64,000 nt of DNA from Candidatus Azotimanducaceae bacterium (GCA_051278195.1 JBNMQM010000022.1:864-64863); one strand, 5' to 3'. Positions 48,601 through 57,782 are shown, numbered from the stretch's first letter. The notes: generated by a model from the letters alone, not told the origin. Translations and numbers: made by a program.

Positions 48601-49596
48601 TCAGGCGATGCCGATCTTCTGTTTGATCTCTGCGATAAAGGGTTGTGCTCGTGCGCGTGCGCGTTTGGCACCCTTGTCGAGTTCCGCGGCAACGTCATCC
48701 GGGTGCGCCAATAGTGTGTTGTATCGATCTCGGGCCTCGGCAACCTCTTGATTAATGAGTATGAACAACTTGTTTTTACACTCACCCCAAGCAATGCCTT
48801 CCTGAAAGGCCTGACGCATTTCTGCGCTTTGGTCTGATGTGGCAAAGGCCTGCCAAATTTGGAACACGGTAGAGTCATCGGGGTCTTTTGGTTCGCCCGG
48901 TTCGAGCAGGTTGGTTTTGATTTTGTTGATGTGTTTTTTGAGCTGCTTTTCGGCAGCAAACAATGGAATTGTGTTGTTGTAACTCTTGCTCATTTTTCGC
49001 CCATCCAATCCCTGCAAGACAGCAACAGAATCGTCGACTACGGCCTCCGGCAGGGTGAAGGTATCGCCAAAATGATGATTGAATCGCGCCGCAATATCGC
49101 GGGCCATTTCGATGTGCTGAACCTGATCTTTGCCGACGGGCACCTTGCTGCCGTTAAACATCAGAATGTCGGCGGCCATCAACACGGGGTATCCGAACAG
49201 CCCCATACTCACGCCAAAATCTGGGTCTTGATCGTCCGATTCATTTTGCGCAACGGCGGCTTTGTAAGCGTGGGCTCGATTCATCAAACCCTTCGCAGCA
49301 TTGCAGGTCAATATCCAATTAAGCTCGCAAATTTCCGGGACATCCGATTGCCGATAGAACACCGCTTTATCGGTATCTAAACCCAGTGCTAACCAGGTTG
49401 CGGCAATCTCCAGCGAAGACTGACGAATGCGCTGCGGCTCCTGGCTTTTGATCAAGGCATGTAAGTCGGCTAAGAAGAAAAAGCTTTCTGAACTGCTGGC
49501 CACACTCTGTATCGCTGGGCGTATAGCGCCGACATAGTTTCCTAGGTGTGGCGTGCCTGTGGTGGTGATGCCGGTCAAGAAGCGATCTGCGCTCAT
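48601..49596 (-). CDS. trpS: tryptophan--tRNA ligase
   Basis: Class I signatures TGTPHLGNYVG (HIGH-type) and KMSKS. 331 aa, typical of bacterial TrpRS. Confidence 0.92.
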   Translation of the reverse strand: MSADRFLTGITTTGTPHLGNYVGAIRPAIQSVASSSESFFFLADLHALIKSQEPQRIRQSSLEIAATWLALGLDTDKAVFYRQSDVPEICELNWILTCNAAKGLMNRAHAYKAAVAQNESDDQDPDFGVSMGLFGYPVLMAADILMFNGSKVPVGKDQVQHIEMARDIAARFNHHFGDTFTLPEAVVDDSVAVLQGLDGRKMSKSYNNTIPLFAAEKQLKKHINKIKTNLLEPGEPKDPDDSTVFQIWQAFATSDQSAEMRQAFQEGIAWGECKNKLFILINQEVAEARDRYNTLLAHPDDVAAELDKGAKRARARAQPFIAEIKQKIGIA

Positions 49597-49656
49597 GTGA
49601 TTCTCTGTGCTGGCGAAAGGCGGCCATGATACCGCTCACGCAGCGTCTAAGGAATT

Positions 49657-49687
49657 GCTAAGTCACTATGGGATCAGTGTCCCCTAT
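49657..49687 (+). repeat. intergenic repeat, type 2 (GCTAAGTCACTATGGGATCAGTGTCCCCTAT)
   Basis: 28 of 31 positions are identical to 55258-55288. The core ATCAGTGTCCCCTA recurs at 50691-50704. Confidence 0.8.
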
Positions 49688-50484
49688 GTTTGTTTCGCCT
49701 TGAACAGACGATTACGAAACTTACGCATGCCGTTCAGCCAGCGTTCGTAATCGTTCGCTTTGTTGCGAAAGTACTTGGCAACCTCTGGGTGGGGCAGTAC
49801 TAAAAACTCTTCATTCTTGATTGCCTTTATGCAGCAGTCAGCCACAAAGTCAGGTTCTAAAATGCCATCGTTGGCCGCTTGATTCGATTCTGGTTTTTTT
49901 GTGCTCTTGCTACTTTTTCCTAAAATCTTTGTTCTTACCGCTTGTGGGCATAACACTGACACACCAATGCCGCGCTCTTGATAGTTGATCGCCAACCATT
50001 CCGCGAAGGCGACTGACGCGTGCTTGGATACAGCATAAGCACCGGAATCAATTTGGGTGAGCAAACCAGCTGCCGAGGAAGTATTGAGAATGTATCCATA
50101 GCCTCGTTCAATCATTTTTGGTATCACGGCTTGTGCCGCATACAAATGCGACCACATGTGAACATCCATCATCTGTTGCCAGTCAGCAGCCTCAAGTGAC
50201 AAGCCGCCACCTTTTGCATACCCTGCGTTTGACACAAAGATATCTATCCCGCCCTGAGCTTCCTCATCGATCACCAATTGATTAATAGCCGCTTGAGCAG
50301 CGACATTCAGTCTTAACGCGGTGGCGACATCACCAATGTTAGCTGCGGTTTTTTGTGCGCCCTCTAAGTCTAGATCTACGCAAACCACACGTCGCGCGCC
50401 TTCCTCTGCAAACTTTTGAGCCAAAGACCGACCGATGCCCGAGCCTGCGCCAGTCACCACGACTGATTTGCCTTGAATGTTCAT
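49684..50484 (-). CDS. SDR family oxidoreductase
   Basis: VVVTGAGSGIGRS, SNAG and YAVSKHASV motifs. Confidence 0.9.
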   Translation of the reverse strand: MNIQGKSVVVTGAGSGIGRSLAQKFAEEGARRVVCVDLDLEGAQKTAANIGDVATALRLNVAAQAAINQLVIDEEAQGGIDIFVSNAGYAKGGGLSLEAADWQQMMDVHMWSHLYAAQAVIPKMIERGYGYILNTSSAAGLLTQIDSGAYAVSKHASVAFAEWLAINYQERGIGVSVLCPQAVRTKILGKSSKSTKKPESNQAANDGILEPDFVADCCIKAIKNEEFLVLPHPEVAKYFRNKANDYERWLNGMRKFRNRLFKAKQT

Positions 50485-50642
50485 CAGCGTTCTCCGTCAG
50501 AAAAAGAGAATAGAAGTATACAGTTACAGGCAGGTGAAGTACCGCACGGTAGGCAGCGCAGGTGTGCGACTAGATACGACAAAATCAGCCAGCGTAAGCA
50601 GTTCGGCGGGGTTATTTATGCTCTTGTTTGGCCATTCGCATA

Positions 50643-50705
50643 CTCGCATGTTTCGGATGACACTTTCTGATATCAGCACTGGGCGCGGTATCAGTGTCCC
50701 CTAGA
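50643..50705 (+). repeat. intergenic repeat, type 1 copy (25-bp perfect core ATATCAGCACTGGGCGCGGTATCAG at 50670-50694) fused to a type 2 core
   Basis: Direct comparison with 53654-53704. The ORF-track translations of both copies share ISTGRGIS. Confidence 0.85.
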
Positions 50706-50706
50706 T

Positions 50707-53403
50707 TCAGGCCTTTGATCGGCCACGCAACTCTCGCAATCGCCAGTGCACAAGCGGAAGCATTTTGATTACAACAGCCGGGATAAAATAGACTATCGCA
50801 TCCTGTGCCGCGGTAAAGGAAATACTTTTCGGCTCGGGGCTGGTTAGATTCTCTTCACCGAAATGGTCTCCAGCGGAAAATAGCGATGCCGGCGAGCCAT
50901 CATTATGCGCGATACTAAGCTCCCCGTGATCTACGAGATAGAGTCCAGACTCGGCTCTCGGCGTCACCGTATCGCCTTTGGCTACAACAATTTCAATCAT
51001 TCCACGGGCAATACGGTTCTTGATCAAAGTGCTAATGCCGTCATCAAACAGCCAACTTTGTTTCAACGCGGATATCGGTTTTTGTAATGCTGTAATCAAT
51101 GCACCTATGCCACTATTCTCCAAAAATATGCGGCAGATTTCATGCGAGAATTGAAACAACACCACATGTGAAATGCAGCGAAAGGTAGCCGAAGACGCTT
51201 CACCGGTAAACAAACTTTCCTCGCCTACAAATGACCCACTCGATATGTGGGAGGTTTTGCCTTTCTCAATTTTCTCCACACTACCGGTGACCAGCAAAAA
51301 TAGTATCGAAGTGCTTTCTCCTGTTGCCAAGATAGTTTCTCCCGGATTGCAGGCCTGCATTTCGCTATTTAAGAAAGCCCTCAGATGGGCAGGTGTTACT
51401 TCAGGAAAATATCCGATAAGACTTTGCATAGCCTTGTCACGAAAATAATTTTCTTGGCTTTCTATGAGCACATCAACCGCGGCAAAGGCGGCAGTGTCAC
51501 CGATTTCTTTCTCGCTAACCGTTAAGGTTCGAGCAGTATGAGCCAGCACAATCTCGTTTGATGGATCTTCCTTAAAGTCTTCTGCGGCGCCATGGATAAG
51601 CCCTCCACCTATGTCTATTTTCTTCAAATCTAATTTGGTCAAGTATGTCTCCTGAATCTGACGGTTCCACTCAGCAGATATGCCTGGTGCAAGGCTATCC
51701 TCAGTGACCATCGAATCAAGAACTTTGCGGGAGCTTAAGTCAGCCCAATGCCCATAAGTTTTGTAGCCTTTACCGCCAACCGCCCTGAAAACAAAGAGAC
51801 TGTTTTCAACTGGGTGGGGTGAAAATATGGGTTTCACTTCCAGACCATCAATATCGTTCCACTCATCGAACTTGAGATCATGTTCCTCGAAATAATCTGA
51901 GAAACATGACTCTGGCATAGACATCAGCGCAGAGAGTTTTTTACGAATGGAAGCACGTACCAAAGGCGTCGCATAGTGCCGAATTCGATGGTCCGCTTGC
52001 ATCAGTGCCGGTAGCCCCGCAAAATGATCGTCGTGACAATGGGTATGAAAGATGCCTTTAATTTCGCTGATATCAATACCTACTGATAATAGAATATTGA
52101 ATATATTTGGCCCGGCATCGATGAGAAACACATCGCCCTGGTGCAGCACAATACTGGACATAGCAGGTCGTTTAGTGTCCCAACCATCGCCTTCACCGAC
52201 ATGCAATATGGCAAAATACTCACGGGCAATCGGATGAAAGCCTAGTTGGTACGGAGACTCATATAGCTCATCTTTAGCCAGATTCAGATTAACTTCAATG
52301 CAACGGTCGTTGTATTTGAATTCATATCGATTAAAGCCTTTGCGCCGAATTTTGACGCCGTTTCGGATTGACGTCCATGAGTCTCCATTAGCAACAGGGC
52401 AAGTATCCAACAAGGTATCTGATGTCTTGATTTCGCCAAATGCGAAGGCCAACTTGAGCCGCATTAAACGTGACGCTTCTTCTTCGGTAAGACCTGTCTG
52501 CATAATTTCTTCGACGCTAGTCAAGCCGTAATTACCACGATAAATGTATTCCAGCTGAGCGTTGACCTGATCTTCGCGACCAATTAGAACTGGCTTGATG
52601 CCAAGGTTGCCCGGGTGAGCAGGTATTATCATGCCTTGCAGATAGAGCATTTGCAGAATGGGGAATTCTGCAAGATTCGAAAACTCTCCCTGCTGAATCA
52701 GACTATCTGACAAAAGAATCGCATTGGGCCCAGTTTCACCTTTATCGGTTTCAGCAATGTATTGCTTCTGTTTTAGATGTTTAACCACATCAGCGGGACA
52801 ACCACATAAGATGTAAAGATTGGCTTCGGGAATTTGTAACCAGTAAACACCCGCGCAAACCTTAAATAATTGCAGGTTATTGATAGCCTCACCTAGGATC
52901 TGGTTGGTCTTGTATAACTGCTGATTCTTTTGTTCGAGTGCCTGAATTATGCTGACGCTTTCTTTCTGCTCTTGAAAAAGACCAAATTCGCGGCGTACTC
53001 GGTGTTCTATGCCTTCAGCATCCGCTGACTCTATAAAGTAGGCGTCAATGGAAGACGCTTTGGTCAACGCCCTGAAGGCATCAGCGTCGTTGGATGACGA
53101 GATCAACATCCTCATCGCCCCTGGTACAGCAGTCTTTAGATCATCAAGCAACTGCAAACCCTGACCTGTCCCACCAGACAAGTGAAACTGAGCTAGGATC
53201 AGTTGTACATCACCTGGGATCGGCAAGGCACGGACTATCGACAGTGCCTCTGTAGTCCCGCTGGCGCTGAGTAATTCGTAATCGCCACCTAGCGCATGTT
53301 GGATCAAACTCAATCGCTTGTGATCGTCATCAACCAGAAGCATGCAAGGCTTCTTAGACAATATTGGCGTTTCGACATCCGAATTTTGATTTTCCAAGGT
53401 CAT
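50707..53403 (-). CDS. multidomain signalling protein: degenerate receiver + unknown middle region + metallo-beta-lactamase fold + two cNMP-binding-like domains
   Basis: REC-like N-terminus (MLLVDDD...). H-x-H-x-D-H motif HTHCHDDH. Two C-terminal beta-barrel cNMP-type segments (FVGEESLFTGEASSATF; GDHFGEENL...KSISFTA). Confidence 0.8.
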   Translation of the reverse strand: MTLENQNSDVETPILSKKPCMLLVDDDHKRLSLIQHALGGDYELLSASGTTEALSIVRALPIPGDVQLILAQFHLSGGTGQGLQLLDDLKTAVPGAMRMLISSSNDADAFRALTKASSIDAYFIESADAEGIEHRVRREFGLFQEQKESVSIIQALEQKNQQLYKTNQILGEAINNLQLFKVCAGVYWLQIPEANLYILCGCPADVVKHLKQKQYIAETDKGETGPNAILLSDSLIQQGEFSNLAEFPILQMLYLQGMIIPAHPGNLGIKPVLIGREDQVNAQLEYIYRGNYGLTSVEEIMQTGLTEEEASRLMRLKLAFAFGEIKTSDTLLDTCPVANGDSWTSIRNGVKIRRKGFNRYEFKYNDRCIEVNLNLAKDELYESPYQLGFHPIAREYFAILHVGEGDGWDTKRPAMSSIVLHQGDVFLIDAGPNIFNILLSVGIDISEIKGIFHTHCHDDHFAGLPALMQADHRIRHYATPLVRASIRKKLSALMSMPESCFSDYFEEHDLKFDEWNDIDGLEVKPIFSPHPVENSLFVFRAVGGKGYKTYGHWADLSSRKVLDSMVTEDSLAPGISAEWNRQIQETYLTKLDLKKIDIGGGLIHGAAEDFKEDPSNEIVLAHTARTLTVSEKEIGDTAAFAAVDVLIESQENYFRDKAMQSLIGYFPEVTPAHLRAFLNSEMQACNPGETILATGESTSILFLLVTGSVEKIEKGKTSHISSGSFVGEESLFTGEASSATFRCISHVVLFQFSHEICRIFLENSGIGALITALQKPISALKQSWLFDDGISTLIKNRIARGMIEIVVAKGDTVTPRAESGLYLVDHGELSIAHNDGSPASLFSAGDHFGEENLTSPEPKSISFTAAQDAIVYFIPAVVIKMLPLVHWRLRELRGRSKA

Positions 53404-53653
53404 AAACAGTCCTTTTACCCGATCTTAGGTCTTTTTCTACAACTTGACATTAATTCAATTTGTAGAAGGTGAAGCGGACCAGAGAAAAAGGAAAATAAAC
53501 CACATTTTCCGAAGAACGGTCAAATATGGTGATTCTTGACTTAGTGATTTTGATAGGTTCGCAGTCCTCTAGCCAGAATATATCTACCTTCGGATTGACA
53601 AAATTAACCAGAGTAGCCAGTTGGATGTTGCTGTGTATACACTCGTCTGCACA

Positions 53654-53704
53654 CTCTCATATTCGAGGTGACACTTCCAATATCAGCACTGGGCGCGGTA
53701 TCAG
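53654..53704 (+). repeat. intergenic repeat, type 1 copy (perfect core 53680-53704)
   Basis: Same orientation as 50643-50694. A degenerate type 2 core (AAGTCATCAGTGTCTCTC) follows at 53763-53780. Confidence 0.85.
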
Positions 53705-53878
53705 CCGCGCAATAGTAGGAAGGATTACCCCAAATTAGCTTAGCAGGAATTGCTCATTCAATAAGTCATCAGTGTCTCTCGTGTTCTCGTTGTATCTCCA
53801 GGAATATTGGGGATATGATCACTGGGCAAAGACTTGCGAATAACAACAAGAATGTAAATAGGCGAGAGAGGGGCAACC

Positions 53879-55141
53879 ATGCAGTGGAGTGAAATTGAGC
53901 AATTAGACAGTAGGGCCGAGGTTGATCCGTTTGATGTACCTCTGGATAAGATTGATATGAGTCGTCCAGAGCTTTATGAATCGAATGTGCATGAAAAATG
54001 GTTCGCCAGACTTCGAGTCGAAGATCCCGTCCATTATTGCGCCGAGAGTAAAGCTGGTCCGTTTTGGTCGATTACCCGCTTTCAGGACATCAAAACGGTC
54101 GATTCGAACCACCAGATTTTTTCTTCCGATAAATCTATCGCCATCGGCCCCATTCCTGAGGACTTCAATCCGCCTAATTTCATCGCCATGGACCAGCCCG
54201 AGCATGACGTACAAAGAAAAGTCGTGTCGCCGGCTTCGTCGCCGAAAAACCTGAGTGCACTAGAAAGCGTCATTCGAGATAAGGCATGTCTGATTCTGGA
54301 TAACCTGCCGGTGGGTGAGACATTTGATTGGGTCGACAAGGTGTCGATCGAAATGACCACCTACATGCTCGCCATTTTGTTTGATTTCCCTTTGGAAGAC
54401 CGGCACAAGTTAACCCATTGGTCTGATGTCACCACCTCCACTGAGGCTGTTGGTAACTTTTCGATTACGGCGGAGGAACGAGAGCAGGAACTGATGGAGT
54501 GTTTGGCCTATTTTCAAAAGCTCTGGCATGAGCGCGAAGGCAAAAGTGAAGGTTTCGATTTTGTCACGATGCTGTCGAACCACCCGGATACAAAAGACAT
54601 GATCAATGACCCCATGACATTCCTGGGTAACCTGATGCTCTTGATCGTGGGGGGTAATGACACGACCAGAAATTCCATGAGCGGTGGCGTGCTCGCGCTA
54701 AATGACTTTCCTGAGCAGTATGAGCTGCTGAGAAAAGATCCAAGCCTGATACCGAATATGGTCTCAGAAATTATTCGTTGGCAGACGCCACTACCCCACA
54801 TGAGAAGAACGGCTCTGGAAGACTATGAACTGAACGGTAAGCTGATCAAAAAAGGTGACCAAGTCATTATGTGGTATGTGTCCGGTAACCGTGATGAGGC
54901 CGCGATCGATAAGCCGAATGAATTTATCATCGACAGACCGAAAGCGCGACAGCACCTGTCCTTTGGGTTTGGTATTCACCGCTGTATGGGTAACCGTGTT
55001 GCAGAGATGCAGCTTCGAATCATGTGGGAAGAGATTGTTAAGCGCTTCTCAAATGTCGAAGTGGTTGGTGACGTGAAGCGCTTGCCATCGAACTTTGTGC
55101 TGGGGATTACGGAGATGCCCGTTAGACTTCATGCTTGGTAG
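53879..55141 (+). CDS. cytochrome P450, CYP153-like (alkane/terminal hydroxylase type)
   Basis: FWSITRFQDI, NFIAMDQPEHD, the I-helix LLIVGGNDTTRNSMSGG and the heme loop FGFGIHRCMGNRVAE all match my recollection of CYP153 signatures. Confidence 0.8.
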   Translation: MQWSEIEQLDSRAEVDPFDVPLDKIDMSRPELYESNVHEKWFARLRVEDPVHYCAESKAGPFWSITRFQDIKTVDSNHQIFSSDKSIAIGPIPEDFNPPNFIAMDQPEHDVQRKVVSPASSPKNLSALESVIRDKACLILDNLPVGETFDWVDKVSIEMTTYMLAILFDFPLEDRHKLTHWSDVTTSTEAVGNFSITAEEREQELMECLAYFQKLWHEREGKSEGFDFVTMLSNHPDTKDMINDPMTFLGNLMLLIVGGNDTTRNSMSGGVLALNDFPEQYELLRKDPSLIPNMVSEIIRWQTPLPHMRRTALEDYELNGKLIKKGDQVIMWYVSGNRDEAAIDKPNEFIIDRPKARQHLSFGFGIHRCMGNRVAEMQLRIMWEEIVKRFSNVEVVGDVKRLPSNFVLGITEMPVRLHAW

Positions 55142-55205
55142 TAAGAACGAGATGTTGAAGTAGCGTGACAGAGTATGAAAGTTTTGGGGTCAGAGAAAAG
55201 TTCAA

Positions 55206-55244
55206 GGTCTGAGTAAAAATATCCTTTCTATTTTTACTCAGACC
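55206..55244. terminator. perfect 16-bp-stem hairpin between convergent genes
   Basis: GGTCTGAGTAAAAATA-tcctttc-TATTTTTACTCAGACC, read directly from the sequence. Confidence 0.7.
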
Positions 55245-55257
55245 CAGACCTCAGACC

Positions 55258-55288
55258 GCTAAGTCACTATGGGATAAGTGTCTCCTAA
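55258..55288 (+). repeat. intergenic repeat, type 2 copy
   Basis: GCTAAGTCACTATGGGATAAGTGTCTCCTAA compared with 49657-49687. Confidence 0.8.
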
Positions 55289-55493
55289 CTGTCTTACAGA
55301 CCGCCGGAGTAATCACTTAGGAAATTTAAAGGTCGGGCAGAGATGATACGGCTGTTTATCCAGGTATGACTTTATTCACCCACTAAATCGACCATTATGG
55401 ATTCTGTAGACAAGCAACAGACCGCGACATGGCAGCCAAGAATTCAAGCTGTATACGTTGAAAGCTCACCCTTGCAGATGCTTCTCGATCGAC

Positions 55494-56231
55494 CTAGTAG
55501 ATTTTGGGAATCACTCGTGATGTTCTTTGTTGGTAGGCTACGTAATCCTCACCAAGTGTCTCAGCCAGACCTTTCTCCTCAAAGTGGATGCCAAGCAGAG
55601 TGTAGGCAGTCATGCCGACAGAGAAAACCAGATGTCCTGTGCTCATAACGGGGACCGCCCAGAAAGCCATTAGCAACCCAAGCATCATAGGGTGACGAAT
55701 CCATCGATAGAATAGGCGCTCAGTAAAGCCCACCGAACTGTAAGTCTTTCCGATGAAATGCAGCCAGGTGTGGCGTAAGCCAAATAGATCGAAATGGTCT
55801 GTGAGGAAGGTTGAAATCAGCACCAGTGTCCAGCCCAGACCGAACACGAGCCATAGAACATACGTTAGTATAAGGTTGTCCACCTGCCATACGACACCCT
55901 CGATTGGCTGCCAGGCGTACATTAAAAAAGCCAGCACGACAGACGACGCCAGAACATAGGTGCTGCGTTCGGTATGGTGCGGAATGAGGCTGGCAATCGC
56001 CTCTTTAAACCAGCCTCGGGCCATGACCGTGTGTTGAACGCCCCAAAGGAGCAGGAGCGCAAGGTTTATAAGCAGTGCTATGGCGACATTTGTGCCGGCT
56101 GCAGACGACAGAGTTTTCGGGACTAAAACTTCGGCATTAAAAGCAATCAGGTAGAGAAAAACGCCAAAAAAGATAAAATAGCTTGCCGCACCGTACAACA
56201 TCACGAGTGCTTTCATAAAAGAATTCTCCAC
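55494..56231 (-). CDS. ICMT/PEMT-fold membrane methyltransferase, MddA-like (methanethiol S-methyltransferase family)
   Basis: LVPKTL..., WGVQHTVMAR, ERSTYVL, DHFDLFGLR and YRWIRHPMMLG...HFEEKGL...YVAYQQRTSRVIP. This block order is what I recall for MddA-type enzymes. Confidence 0.6.
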   Translation of the reverse strand: MENSFMKALVMLYGAASYFIFFGVFLYLIAFNAEVLVPKTLSSAAGTNVAIALLINLALLLLWGVQHTVMARGWFKEAIASLIPHHTERSTYVLASSVVLAFLMYAWQPIEGVVWQVDNLILTYVLWLVFGLGWTLVLISTFLTDHFDLFGLRHTWLHFIGKTYSSVGFTERLFYRWIRHPMMLGLLMAFWAVPVMSTGHLVFSVGMTAYTLLGIHFEEKGLAETLGEDYVAYQQRTSRVIPKIY

Positions 56232-56357
56232 ATTTATTTTTATTATTCATGCCTGTTTTAGCATGCGGAATTTCTATGTTATCTAAGGTTATACTCTCAA
56301 TATCATCGATATAATATGTATTTTTTGCGATATTTAAGTACCGGCAGGTTCAACTAC

Positions 56358-56797
56358 ATGTTCAGTTTCGGCAACTTTGGTGCTCCGCAGATGGGGGTAG
56401 CACCTTAGCTGTGTTGATTGTATTACTGGTCAACGTGGGCTTCGCTTTCAAGTTCGCCCTGGTGAATGGTTTTCTGCAAGGACTGCCAGAGACAAAACAT
56501 ATCAGAACCATTCTGAAAGTCGCTTATCCTGAAAGCCTACGATAACCGCTCTTTTCGGTAGGAATAGTGTTGCTTTATGTGTTGGTGGGTCAAATTGGCA
56601 CGCAGGAACTTGCAGCGTTTCATGTGGTAGTTAGTATTTTTCTGATCGCGTATATTCCACATATCGGCATCGGTGGCGCGGCGACAACACTAGTAGGCGA
56701 AGCGTTGGGTAGGAATGACGCTCGAGACGCTAAGGTTTGGGGATGGCAGGTGTCCAACCATTGCCGCCGGTTGGGCGATCTTTTTGCCGAGTGAGGC
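56358..56797 (+). pseudogene. MATE efflux transporter remnant (5'-truncated, multiple frameshifts)
   Basis: My translation finds pieces in three frames: MFSFGNFGAPQMGVAP*, LAVLIVLLVNVGFAFKFALVNGFLQGLPETKHIRTILKVAYPESLR* and LLYVLVGQIGTQELAAFHVVVSIFLIAYIPHIGIGGAATTLVGEALGRNDARDA. These resemble the central MATE helices. Confidence 0.5.
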
Positions 56798-56993
56798 CCG
56801 TGCGCTGAATTTGGAGCGTTAGATATGGAAGCCATCAAGAATAAAGCCAGACAAGCAGTGGGGTGTGATGCTCCCTGATGCCGAGAGTCTTCCAGTGGCG
56901 CCATACAAATCTGGATTTAATGCAGACCTGGCTGCATATCTGCAATGGAGGGTCTCAACCACAGAACCCTCGTTATTTGCGGCGAAATTGTTA

Positions 56994-57782
56994 CTAACGC
57001 CCTGTGAAGTGTGGTTTTCGCTTCTCCACGAACGCTTGCATACCTTCCTTACCATCCGCAGTTGCCGACGAGTCGGATATTGCCCGTGACTCTAATTCCA
57101 TCTGCGTTTCAAGACCATTGTCGAACGATTGATTCAGTAGAGCTTTCACCTTACCAAACGCAAGGGTTGGACCAGCGGCAATCGAGCTTGCCATCTTTGC
57201 GACGACCTCATCCAATTCCTCTGTGGCGACTGACTGATTAAGAATGCCCCATTCAACCGCTTCTGCTGCAGACAATACTCTATTTGTTAGCATCATCTCA
57301 CGCGCACGCCTATCACCGATTCTTCTTGGCAGGAAATATGTTGAGCTGCCGTCAGGAGACAAACCCGCATTCGTATAGGCCATAACAAACTTCGCACTAT
57401 CAACTGATATCGCCAGATCACATGCAGCGACCAGAGATAAACCCGCACCTGCTGCAGTACCGTTTACCTTGGCGATAACCGGTGCGTTCATCCGCGTCAG
57501 ACGTGAAATACCCAAGTGAAGGTCACCTGCCATCTGAGCAAGCAGATTTGGCGCACGCTCTCCAGCCTTAACAAACTCGCCAAGGTCACCACCCGCAGAA
57601 AACATCTTACCGTTCGCTGCAATCACCACCACCCGCACAGCCGGGTTTCGATCACATTCAATCGAAACCAAATTCAGCTCCCTTGCCATCGTCGGGTTCA
57701 TGGCATTTGCCGAGTCCGGTCGATTCAGCGTGATCGTTGCCACGCCATCATCCAATGTGTATTTGAGCGTTTCGTAATTCAT
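56994..57782 (-). CDS. enoyl-CoA hydratase/isomerase (crotonase) family protein
   Basis: ITLNRPDSANAM, FSAGGDL and KVNGTAAGAGLSLVAACD motifs. Confidence 0.9.
   Translation of the reverse strand: MNYETLKYTLDDGVATITLNRPDSANAMNPTMARELNLVSIECDRNPAVRVVVIAANGKMFSAGGDLGEFVKAGERAPNLLAQMAGDLHLGISRLTRMNAPVIAKVNGTAAGAGLSLVAACDLAISVDSAKFVMAYTNAGLSPDGSSTYFLPRRIGDRRAREMMLTNRVLSAAEAVEWGILNQSVATEELDEVVAKMASSIAAGPTLAFGKVKALLNQSFDNGLETQMELESRAISDSSATADGKEGMQAFVEKRKPHFTGR

Noticed and set aside
48147-48959. 270-aa minus-strand ORF in the track
   Set aside because: Its N-terminal 143 aa are low-complexity, basic and Pro/Ser/Thr-rich. They overlap trpS (48601-49596) in another frame. Only the C-terminal 127 aa, from MQTFTKV (48147-48530), look like a real cupin-like protein.
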